A stretch of DNA of 53,418 nucleotides, the filler included, from a bacterium (GTDB lineage: Bacteria > UBA9089 > CG2-30-40-21 > SBAY01), in NCBI GenBank assembly GCA_040757115.1. It is 3 parts of 3 records of this genome, joined end to end, with 100 filler letters (N's around TTAATTAATTAA, not from the genome) between each part and the next. Parts side by side here need not be neighbours in the genome. Positions count along the whole stretch, not along the records: positions 18,124 to 35,741 come from JBFLYA010000070.1; positions 35,842 to 53,418 come from JBFLYA010000071.1; 1 more part is not named here. One strand, given 5' to 3'. A model generated the notes under the pieces. The model was not told where the DNA came from. It ran no database searches and saw nothing but the letters and a program-made list of their open reading frames with translations. Below are positions 29,237 through 37,756 of the stretch, piece after piece; position 1 is the stretch's first letter, and each line of letters opens with the position of its first letter. Position numbers and translations under genes: made by a program.

Positions 29237-30700
29237 ATTGCACCATTTTTTAGAGACCTGAATCCATCTAAAGGCGGTAAGATTACATATAAGGATTTAG
29301 GTGATAAGTGGGTAATGAGTTGGGAAGATGTACCGTTGTACTGGCCAAGGGATAAAAAAGAGACATTTCAGGTAATACTGAATGTAGACGGTTCGATTAT
29401 ATTTCAGTATAAAGACCTACAACATGTAGATTCTTATGTAAAAGCAGGGATAGAAGATGAGCGAGGAAAAGAGGGAATAGGAATTAGTCAGACATCACTT
29501 GCCAATGGCAAGGCATACGAGATAGTGCGGGTAGTCCAGAAGTTAGAATCGCCACCGGCAGAGAAGGTAACTATCACCAGTAAGACCTCGTATGCCTATG
29601 GCAATGGGCAATTAGTGGCGAAGCTACAGGAAGAACCAATTAACTCTGCTCCCAAGATTTATTACTACCATAATGACCACTTAGGCTCAGCAAGGGTAAT
29701 TAGTGACAAGGATGGCAAGGTAGTCGAGCAATATTTCTATTATCCCTTTGGTGGTGGTGGACCGGTTGGTGGACCTACTTTTACTGGCAAGGAGCTGGAT
29801 GACAGCGGCCTGTTCTACTTCGGCGCCAGATACTATGACCCTGCATTAGGGAGATTTATAACTCCCGATTCAGTTCAAATCCCAGCAGATAATCTCTATG
29901 TCTACTGTGCTAATAATCCGCTCACAAATATAGACCCGAATGGAGAATTCTGGCAATTTATATGGGCAGCATGGAAGTTTTATACTGCGGTTAAAACCCT
30001 TTATAATGTCTATGAGGCATATCAATACGGTGGATGGGATGCAGCTTTAATGAGTGCTGGTAGTAGCTGGATGTTTAATCAATTCAGTGCTGGGATAAGT
30101 GCAGGGATAAATTTTGGAGACTGGGGTGGTCCATTAGGAGATATATTTGAATTAGGAGTAGAAGGGGCGATAACTGGTGGCATAAGCTCATTAATGTATG
30201 GTGGTGATTTCTGGGAAGGGGCAAGAACAGGAGCTATTTCTGGAGTTGGCTCTGGAATAGCAAATGCTTTATTACCTATTTTAGGTGCAGTACCTACTGC
30301 AGAGAAAGAGACAATTATTAGCGATCCAGTTGATCCAACAGATTTCTTGGGAGCTGGAAAGATAGTTGTTGGAGGAATAAAAACAGTTCTTGTTGGTGGG
30401 GGTAAAGTAATAGGCAAAGGTATAGGTAAAATCGGTGGAAGAGTTATAGGAAAAGGAGCGGCAAAAGAAGGTGTAACTAAAGCTCAAAGTCCAGTTTGGA
30501 AAGAATTTAAAACTTTTAGGGGAGGAATTAAAACCTCTGGTAAAGGAAGGAATAAAGAATACTATAAGTGGGACCACACTCATAACCATATTGAGGTTTA
30601 TGATAGGTACGGTAATCATAAAGGTGTAATGGATCCAATTACTGGTGTGATAGATAGATCAAAACAAGTCCCGGGAAGAACGATTAAAGATGAATTATAA
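29237..30700 (+). CDS. RHS replacement cassette 2 with colicin E3/pyocin S6-like cytotoxic RNase tip
   Basis: Homology to the main gene starts at the same IAPFFRDL codon; tip SPVWK...YYKWDHTHNHIEVYD..GNHKG.MDP.TG; first in-frame ATG at 29315. Confidence 0.85.
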   Translation: MAPFFRDLNPSKGGKITYKDLGDKWVMSWEDVPLYWPRDKKETFQVILNVDGSIIFQYKDLQHVDSYVKAGIEDERGKEGIGISQTSLANGKAYEIVRVVQKLESPPAEKVTITSKTSYAYGNGQLVAKLQEEPINSAPKIYYYHNDHLGSARVISDKDGKVVEQYFYYPFGGGGPVGGPTFTGKELDDSGLFYFGARYYDPALGRFITPDSVQIPADNLYVYCANNPLTNIDPNGEFWQFIWAAWKFYTAVKTLYNVYEAYQYGGWDAALMSAGSSWMFNQFSAGISAGINFGDWGGPLGDIFELGVEGAITGGISSLMYGGDFWEGARTGAISGVGSGIANALLPILGAVPTAEKETIISDPVDPTDFLGAGKIVVGGIKTVLVGGGKVIGKGIGKIGGRVIGKGAAKEGVTKAQSPVWKEFKTFRGGIKTSGKGRNKEYYKWDHTHNHIEVYDRYGNHKGVMDPITGVIDRSKQVPGRTIKDEL

Positions 30701-30739
30701 AGTGATTGAATGGTATAATAAAGTAAAAAGGGGGAAAGA

Positions 30740-30976
30740 ATGTTTGAACATTGTTGTAAGATGATGAATTTTCATATTAATCATGAAGACAAGATAATTC
30801 AGTATTGGTCTAAATTCAGAGAATATGTAATCAAAATTCCTGAGGTACTTGGAGGAGGAGGTTTAGTAATGAATTATTGTCCGTGGTGTGGGAAAAAGCT
30901 GCCGAAGTCACTACGGGATAAGATATTTGAGGAAAATCAAAAAAAGGGATTAGATCTCTTTGGTTGTCCTGAATAA
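30740..30976 (+). CDS. Probable immunity protein (DUF6980-like, Cys-rich)
   Basis: HCC.MM...I.Y..KFREY.I...YCPWCG.KLP.SLRD, directly after the RNase tip. Confidence 0.7.
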   Translation: MFEHCCKMMNFHINHEDKIIQYWSKFREYVIKIPEVLGGGGLVMNYCPWCGKKLPKSLRDKIFEENQKKGLDLFGCPE

Positions 30977-31012
30977 ATAGAATGGTAATTAGGGTCAGCC
31001 GTGAATGTGGAA

Positions 31013-31152
31013 GGCGTAGAATAGGGCGTAGAATAGGGTCGGGCGTAGAATAGGGTCGCATCTTGAATTGTGAATTGTTAATAAAGGAATAGTAAAATTT
31101 ACTTTTTTTTCCTTAATTGTTCTTTGAAAATTAAGCATCCCTGATAATAGAG
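31013..31152 (+). repeat. GGCGTAGAATAG tandem repeats plus cassette leader copy
   Basis: Three GGCGTAGAATAGG units abut GGGTCGCATCTTGAATTGTGAATTG; TGTTCTTTGAAAA at 31118. Confidence 0.9.
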
Positions 31153-32661
31153 ATAGCACCATTTTTTAGAGACCTGAATCCAGGAGATGGTGGTAAGATT
31201 ACATATAAGGATTTAGGTGATAAATGGGTAATGAGTTGGGAAGATGTACCGTTGTACTGGCCAAGTGATAAAAAAGAGACATTTCAGGTAATACTGAATG
31301 TAGACGGTTCGATTATATTTCAGTATAAAGACCTACAACATGTAGATTCTTATGTAAAAGCAGGGATAGAAGATGAGCGAGGAAAAGAGGGAATAGGAAT
31401 TAGTCAGACATCACTTGCCAATGGCAAGGCATACGAGATAGTGCGGGTAGTCCAGAAGTTAGAATCGCCACCGGTACAGAAAGTAACAATCACCAGCAAG
31501 ACTTCATACATCCATGCCAATGGGCAATTGGTAGCAAAACTGCATGAAGAACCTCTCGGCGCATCTGCTAAAATTTACTACTACCACAACGACCACTTAG
31601 GTTCACCACGGGCTATTACGGATAAAGATGGTAAGGTGGTAGAGAATTATTTTTACTACCCATTTGGCTCTGGAGGTCCTGTTGGCGGACCGACATTTAC
31701 TGGCAAGGAGCTGGATGATAGCGGCCTGTTCTACTTTGGCGCCAGATACTATGACCCGGCACTGGGGAGATTCATTACCCCAGACCCGATTCAAGCCGCA
31801 GGCCAAAATCTGTATGTCTATTGCTACAACAATCCGCTTGGCTATGTTGATCCGAATGGTGAGTGGGCTTTTATTCCATTCCTGATTAGTGCCTTTAAAG
31901 TCTATTCAGTTGCAAGTGCAATCTATAATGTCTACCAGGGATATAAATATGGAGGTTTTGAAGGGGCATTACAGGCAGGAATGGTAAGTGTAGCCTGTTG
32001 GGCATTTACCAGTGGGATTGACTTTGGAAATGAACTCTGGCAAGATATGTTGGAGGGAGCATTATCAGGGGCGATAAGTGGTGGCATAAGTGCCGCGGTA
32101 TATGGTGGAGATTTTGGCAAGGCTATGTACCAGGGTGCAGCCTGGGGTGCTGCTGGCGGTGCAATTGGTCATTGGGCTGAGAAAATGTGGGGAAAATACC
32201 AAAATGCACCAAAAGATGAGGCAACATTGTATGCGTGGGAATCTGAAGGTGATTGGCCTCATGCCTCAGTAGATATTGAAGGGAAACAAGGACAATACCC
32301 AGGTTATCAAAGTGCTTATCCATTCCCTGAAGGTAAAAATCGTCCTTTTGATAATAGTGAGAAAGGAGTTGTGTTTAAACTTTATAAAGAGGATGTAAAT
32401 AGCCATCTTCCAAACCCGAAAGAAATAGTAATAAAAGGTGTAAATAAATCAGCAATGCACAGCTTTTTCCCAAAGGGAGGACCTGTATGGAAAGCATATA
32501 CCTACAATTGTGCTGATTACGCCCAGGCAGTGTTACAAGCAGGAGGAGCACGATTCTTACCAAAACTATTTATAAATTCACCAAGAAGTCTGTATTATAG
32601 AGCCCAAATAAGAAGAGCATGGCGAACATTTTTATACGGTCCACAAGAATGGCAAAAATGA
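31153..32661 (+). CDS. RHS replacement cassette 3 with papain/NlpC-P60-like toxin tip
   Basis: Same start junction; tip WPHAS...YNCADYAQAVLQAGG; first in-frame ATG at 31231. Confidence 0.85.
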   Translation: MAPFFRDLNPGDGGKITYKDLGDKWVMSWEDVPLYWPSDKKETFQVILNVDGSIIFQYKDLQHVDSYVKAGIEDERGKEGIGISQTSLANGKAYEIVRVVQKLESPPVQKVTITSKTSYIHANGQLVAKLHEEPLGASAKIYYYHNDHLGSPRAITDKDGKVVENYFYYPFGSGGPVGGPTFTGKELDDSGLFYFGARYYDPALGRFITPDPIQAAGQNLYVYCYNNPLGYVDPNGEWAFIPFLISAFKVYSVASAIYNVYQGYKYGGFEGALQAGMVSVACWAFTSGIDFGNELWQDMLEGALSGAISGGISAAVYGGDFGKAMYQGAAWGAAGGAIGHWAEKMWGKYQNAPKDEATLYAWESEGDWPHASVDIEGKQGQYPGYQSAYPFPEGKNRPFDNSEKGVVFKLYKEDVNSHLPNPKEIVIKGVNKSAMHSFFPKGGPVWKAYTYNCADYAQAVLQAGGARFLPKLFINSPRSLYYRAQIRRAWRTFLYGPQEWQK

Positions 32662-32727
32662 AAGTAAGCCCCGTGTGTTTTACATACAAAGGGTTTACTT
32701 TTTGGAGGTAAGAGAAAAGTTAAGGTA

Positions 32728-33825
32728 ATGAAGAAAGAGATGTTAATACCTGTATTAATATTAACACTAATCATATCAATACTTATTCCAAAACAAACTT
32801 ATGGAGAAGATGTTAAAGTGTATAATAAAATTCTTCTTATCACTTCTCAAGGAAAGTTATTAATAGATTTAATAACTGGTAAGATAGATACTTCTACAGA
32901 GCAAGAATCTCTTTTTCTCATAGATCCTTCTTGGGACATTTTGAAGGAAAGAGGTATGAATATAGATAGTTTAAGAAAGGAAGGGTGTCTTTTTCACTCC
33001 AATCTTTCCTATCATATTTTAAAAGATATAAATTATATAACCCATAACTATCCTGATGATAATAAAATAGTTGTTAGATTATTAGATAAAAATAATAATA
33101 TGTTATATAAAAAAGAGCTATTTACCAATTTATCAAAAGATGTTAACCATGTAATATATCTTTCTTTTGATAGCAATTTGCTTTTTTTATTACGGGAGGA
33201 TTGGAAACAGCGTAAAAGTTGTATAGATATTTTTCTATTAAAAGAGGGAAAGAAAATAGATACTATTTATAGAAATTTTCATATTTATTATCGTTATAAA
33301 CCAAGGTTTTCAAAAAATGGTAAACTTTGGATATATTACGATCCTAAAGAAAAAAAGGTGTTATTGTATGACTTAGAAAAAAAAGAAGCTTGTCATTTGC
33401 CAAATTGTAACGGGGGGATTCCGATTAATCATAATGAATCTATTATTTACAAGGAAATCTACAAAAGGCGAAATATACTTGATATACTTTACAGAGATAA
33501 GCCTTTTGAATATAAATTTTTTAAATATAATAGAATAACCAATCAAAGAGAAAATTTGAATATAGATAATGTGAAAGGATTTATAGTAGAAATGGGAATT
33601 TCTCCAGATGGAAAGTATCTTGCAATTATTCATAGAATGGAGTGGAATAGAGAATATAGAAGGAGATATTATAAGATGATTCCAAGAGTCATCATTAAGG
33701 TTTATGATTTTGAGGATAAAAAGGTTGTAGTTGACTTTGATGGTTTAGAATTTTTTGAGAATGGTTTAGGAATAGGTGATTTTCATATTAAATGGATAGA
33801 AGAAGAAAAAGATGATAGTTTATAG
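32728..33825 (+). CDS. Secreted beta-propeller-like protein, immunity candidate
   Basis: Signal peptide; FSKNGK and ISPDGKYLA WD40/TolB-like turns; very AT-rich. Confidence 0.6.
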   Translation: MKKEMLIPVLILTLIISILIPKQTYGEDVKVYNKILLITSQGKLLIDLITGKIDTSTEQESLFLIDPSWDILKERGMNIDSLRKEGCLFHSNLSYHILKDINYITHNYPDDNKIVVRLLDKNNNMLYKKELFTNLSKDVNHVIYLSFDSNLLFLLREDWKQRKSCIDIFLLKEGKKIDTIYRNFHIYYRYKPRFSKNGKLWIYYDPKEKKVLLYDLEKKEACHLPNCNGGIPINHNESIIYKEIYKRRNILDILYRDKPFEYKFFKYNRITNQRENLNIDNVKGFIVEMGISPDGKYLAIIHRMEWNREYRRRYYKMIPRVIIKVYDFEDKKVVVDFDGLEFFENGLGIGDFHIKWIEEEKDDSL

Positions 33826-33895
33826 AACTTACTTAAATTACAAGACTTATGACAAAAAGTTACTAATAAAAAGGAGAAGATGTAAAAAAGAGAAA

Positions 33896-34477
33896 ATGAA
33901 GAAGGTAATATTGTTAACATTGGTTTTGATTATATTTTTATCAACTAATAATGTATATGCAATAGAGGAAGAATTGAAATCTGGTGTAAGTTTTACTATA
34001 GGATATACTCATGTTAAAGAAATCTGGGAAAAAAAGTCTCTTCCTCCTCTCCCTCCTCCTCCTTTTTCATTTGAAGATACCTACTATCTAAAATTTAGTT
34101 CTGATAAAGGTACTTCTATCAAAATAGGATTCAAGCAATTCCTTAAATTACCTATTCCATTAATGGGAGAGGTAGAATATCTTTCTCTTCATACTATAGA
34201 GTCCTTTAATTATTTATGTTCTGTTAATTATTTATGTTCTGTTGGTATAGCCCACTTCTTGAAGAAGGGTACTGTTTATATTGGTATTGGCTATTATACT
34301 CCAGATATTGGCTCAGGTAAGATGGGTTGTCATGTGCTTATAGAAGGAAAGAAGGCTCTGACTAAAAATCTGAATCTGATTCTGGAAGGAAGATTGAGGA
34401 AAGTGGATAGTTATTCTTCCGATAATAGTAAAATTGATCTTTCTGGATATACCATTTCAATAGGGATTGGAGAGTAG
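33896..34477 (+). CDS. Small outer-membrane beta-barrel-like protein
   Basis: Signal peptide ending VYA, amphipathic beta strands, C-terminal DLSGYTISIGI. Confidence 0.55.
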   Translation: MKKVILLTLVLIIFLSTNNVYAIEEELKSGVSFTIGYTHVKEIWEKKSLPPLPPPPFSFEDTYYLKFSSDKGTSIKIGFKQFLKLPIPLMGEVEYLSLHTIESFNYLCSVNYLCSVGIAHFLKKGTVYIGIGYYTPDIGSGKMGCHVLIEGKKALTKNLNLILEGRLRKVDSYSSDNSKIDLSGYTISIGIGE

Positions 34478-34486
34478 ATTAGCGCA

Positions 34487-34614
34487 GGATGAAGGTCGCA
34501 TCTTGAATTGTGAATTGATATTTTACATAACTTATTGTTAATAAAAGGAATAGTAAAATTTAGTTTTTCTTTACTAAATTGCTCTTTGAAAATTAAACAT
34601 CCCTGATAATAGAG
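34487..34614 (+). repeat. Cassette leader copy
   Basis: AGGATGAAGGTCGCATCTTGAATTGTGAATTG...TGCTCTTTGAAAA (34580). Confidence 0.9.
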
Positions 34615-35741
34615 ATTGCACCATTTTTTAGAGACCTGAATCCATCTAAAGGCGGTAAGATTACATATAAGGATTTAAGTGATAAGTGGGTAATGAGTTG
34701 GGAAGATGTACCGTTGTACTGGCCAGGTGATAAAAAAGAGACATTTCAGGTAATACTGAATGTAGACGGTTCAATAATATTTCAGTATAAAGACTTGCAA
34801 CGCGTAGATTCCTGGGTAAAGGCAGGGATAGAAGATGAGCGAGGAAAAGAGGGAATAGGAATTAGTCAGACATCACTTGCCAATGGCAAGGCTTATGAGA
34901 TAGTGCGGGTAGTCCAGAAGTTAGAATCACCACCGGCAGAGAAGGTAACTATCACCAGTAAGACCTCGTATGCCTATGGCAATGGGCAGTTAGTGGCAAA
35001 GCTACAGGAAGAACCAATTAACTCTGCTCCCAAAATTTATTACTACCATAACGACCACTTAGGTTCAGCAAGGGTGATTACGGATAAAGATGGCAAGGTA
35101 GTTGAGCAGTATTTCTATTATCCCTTTGGTGGTGGCGGACCTGTAGGTGGGCCGACATTTACCGGCAAGGAGCTGGATGACAGCGGCCTGTTCTACTTCG
35201 GCGCTAGATACTATGACCCGGCATTGGGGAGATTCATTACCCCAGACCCGATTCAAGCCGCAGGCCAAAATCTGTATGTCTATTGCTACAACAATCCGCT
35301 TGGCTATGTTGACCGAATGGTGAGTGGGCTTTTATTCCATTCCTGATTAGTGTATTTAAAGTCTACTCAATTGCCAGTACCATTTATAATATTTATCAAG
35401 GATATGAACATGGAGGTTTTGAAGGTGCATTACAGGCAGGAATGGTAAGTTTTGCCAGTTGGATGGTAACCAGTAGTATTGACTTTGGAAATGAACTCTG
35501 GCAAGATATGTTGGAGGGAGCATTATCAGGGGCGATAAGTGGGGGCATAAGTGCAGCGGTATATGGGGGAGACTTTGGTAAGGCAATGTATCAAGGTGCT
35601 GGTTGGGGTGCTGTTGGCGGTGCAATTGGTCATTGGGCTGAAAAAGTAATGGAATCTTATGAAAATGCACCAAAAGATGAGGCAACATTGTATGCGTGGG
35701 ATAAACCAGAACCAGGGAAGGGGAGGTGGCCACATGCTTCA
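34615..35741 (+). pseudogene. RHS replacement cassette 4 (tip like cassette 1), frameshifted, cut by contig end
   Basis: 1-bp deletion at the DPNG junction (GTTGACCGAATGG versus GTTGATCCGAATGG); downstream sequence is nearly identical to cassette 1. Confidence 0.8.
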
Positions 35742-35841
35742 NNNNNNNNNNNNNNNNNNNNNNNNNNNNNNNNNNNNNNNNNNNNTTAATTAATTAANNN
35801 NNNNNNNNNNNNNNNNNNNNNNNNNNNNNNNNNNNNNNNNN
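35742..35841. other. Artificial contig-joining linker
   Basis: N-run + TTAATTAATTAA + N-run. Confidence 0.97.
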
Positions 35842-35863
35842 TTTATGGAAAGCCATTTACCGA

Positions 35864-36084
35864 TATAGCAGTTATTAGTCAAAATTTTACTCAGGGTGGA
35901 TAAGTAAAAAATCCCAAATCCCAAGCACCAAATCCCAAATAAGCACCAAATTTCAAGTACTAAATACCAAACTATGGGGGGTAATGTTTTGAATTTTGGT
36001 CATTTGAATTTGTTTGGAATTTGGAATTTGTGATTTGGAATTTCATAGCCATATCTGGTCAAATTTCGATTAATAAGTGCTATA
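35864..36084. mobile_element. IS630/TA-type MITE
   Basis: ~27-bp imperfect TIRs TATAGCAGTTATTAGTCAAAATTT / AAATTTCGATTAATAAGTGCTATA with TA at both ends; CCAAAT/ATTTGG heptamer arms. Confidence 0.75.
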
Positions 36085-36297
36085 TATTGTCCCTATGGGA
36101 CATTAAATGAAGGATGAGGTAGAATTTTCATATTCTATTTTTTTCCATTTTATCATAAGAAATGGGAGAAGGCAAGCCAAATGGACATAATTGTCTAAAA
36201 ATATAGAGAGTTATAGCACTAATTTGACATAGTGTAGTAATGGTTCACGCATAACTTGTTAATTCACTACGAGTAGTTACGAGTATTTAATTCTAAG

Positions 36298-36591
36298 CTG
36301 GAGTTTCGTGAATTTTCTATGATTCCTTTCTCATTTAATCTTTGCGGTCGATTTCTTTGCGTTCTTTGCGGTTAAAAAAAGGATAAACCACAAAGGGCAC
36401 AAAGTAGTAACGCAAAGGGCACAAAGGGAAGAAAATAGGTGAAGCATTTTTTATCAACTCAACTTCAAAGGATAAGTTGCAAAAAAAAATCATCAGGCTT
36501 TTGAGCCTAATTTTGCCATCTTTGAACAAAATAAACAGATTGATAAGGATTCAGATAGCCTCAATGGCTCCTTAAATTAACGAAACTCCAG
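36298..36591. mobile_element. MITE (family unassigned)
   Basis: TIRs CTGGAGTTTCGT.AATTT / AAATT.ACGAAACTCCAG; no TSD. Confidence 0.65.
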
Positions 36592-36654
36592 ATCCCGAAA
36601 AACCCTCATAAATATTCATTTCTTATTTTCACCGAGAATTGCTGCAACCTGTCC

Positions 36655-37063
36655 TGCAATTCAGACAGTAGACCATAGACATCAGACATTAGACTTAAAG
36701 GAAGGAAATGGCCAGAAATTACACAAAAATAAAAGCATGGCAATTGGCAGATGAATTCTGTGATTCAGACACTGGACATCAGACATAAGACTATAGACTC
36801 TATTTATGCAGGAAATTAGTGACATTTGGGAAACTATCCTCAAAACTTCACTCCCTGAATTTTTCCTAAGCCTTACCTATGTCAGTGACAGTGTCAGTGT
36901 CAGTGAAGAAACTCCTTCAACTCATCCAACACTTCCAACTCTTTCTACTCTTTCAACTCTTCCAGCAGAAGTATAGGCAGGTCTCCCAAGCCTTCATTCT
37001 TCTGCAATTTCTGCCCGCTTTAGTCTGAGGTCCGATGTCTATAGTCTACTGTCTGAATCACAG
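36655..37063. repeat. Inverted heptamer-armed element enclosing a four-helix-bundle N-terminal fragment
   Basis: TTCAGACAGTAGAC arms at 36655 and 36758 are inverted relative to 37020-37063; fragment MARNYTKIKAWQLADE at 36708-36755. Confidence 0.6.
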
Positions 37064-37154
37064 TCCGAACATATAAATGAGTAACTACCCCCTTGAAATT
37101 GCTATAGTTTTTGGGAGAGGGGAAGTTGTGTCTAATTTTACTCTAAAGAAAAAA

Positions 37155-37756
37155 GTAACTATTCACCACGAAGAGCACGAAGGACACGAAATGGAATTTA
37201 ATGTCTTGTAATTTTCGGTAGTGTCTGACAATAACTACAATTTTTTGTAAGCGTTCAGGTGGTGTAACAAAAGGAGATGTGGAGATTAAGGAGATAGGGA
37301 GATATTATTAAAAAAATTGAAATTAGTAGAAACTAATAGAAATTTATGGAAATTTGTTGTTTCCCACAATCAATTTCTACCTATTTCTATAAATTTCAAT
37401 CTATTTCTATTATCTTATCTCCATATCGCCCTTATCTCCTTATCCCCTTTCTTACACTTTTGATATATAGCCTGAACGGTTACAATTTTTTTAACCACAA
37501 AGATCGCAAAGAGTTTCACAAAAGAGTCAAAGATTTTTGAGAGAATAAATTTTTTCCTTTATTTCTTTGTGTACTTTGTGGTTAATTTCAGAGACCATCT
37601 AATTTTCTTCGTGTTCTTCGTGGTGAATAGTTACGTGGATTCAAGCAAACCTGGCCCAAGACTTCGATGCACCGCTATAGCGAATCCAATGACTCTATTC
37701 GATAATTCATCAAATTTCACTTCGTGCTCTCCGTGCCCTTCGTGGTGAATAGTTAC
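37155..37756. mobile_element. Composite IS66-type MITE with 8-bp TSD
   Basis: TIRs GTAACTATTCAC / GTGAATAGTTAC; TSD AGAAAAAA at 37147-37154 and 37757-37764; contains nested elements. Confidence 0.85.
37247..37483. mobile_element. Nested IS66-type MITE with 8-bp TSD
   Basis: TIRs GTAAGCGTTCAG / CTGAACGGTTAC; TSD AATTTTTT on both sides. Confidence 0.88.

Noticed and set aside
19523-35735. Numerous antisense or alternate-frame ORFs within the RHS gene and cassettes
   Set aside because: Shadow ORFs of well-supported genes; they recur only because the underlying DNA is repeated.
25437-35741. Diversity-generating retroelement (TR/VR) explaining cassette variation
   Set aside because: Differences are not adenine-specific, many are synonymous third-position changes, and there is no reverse transcriptase in the window.
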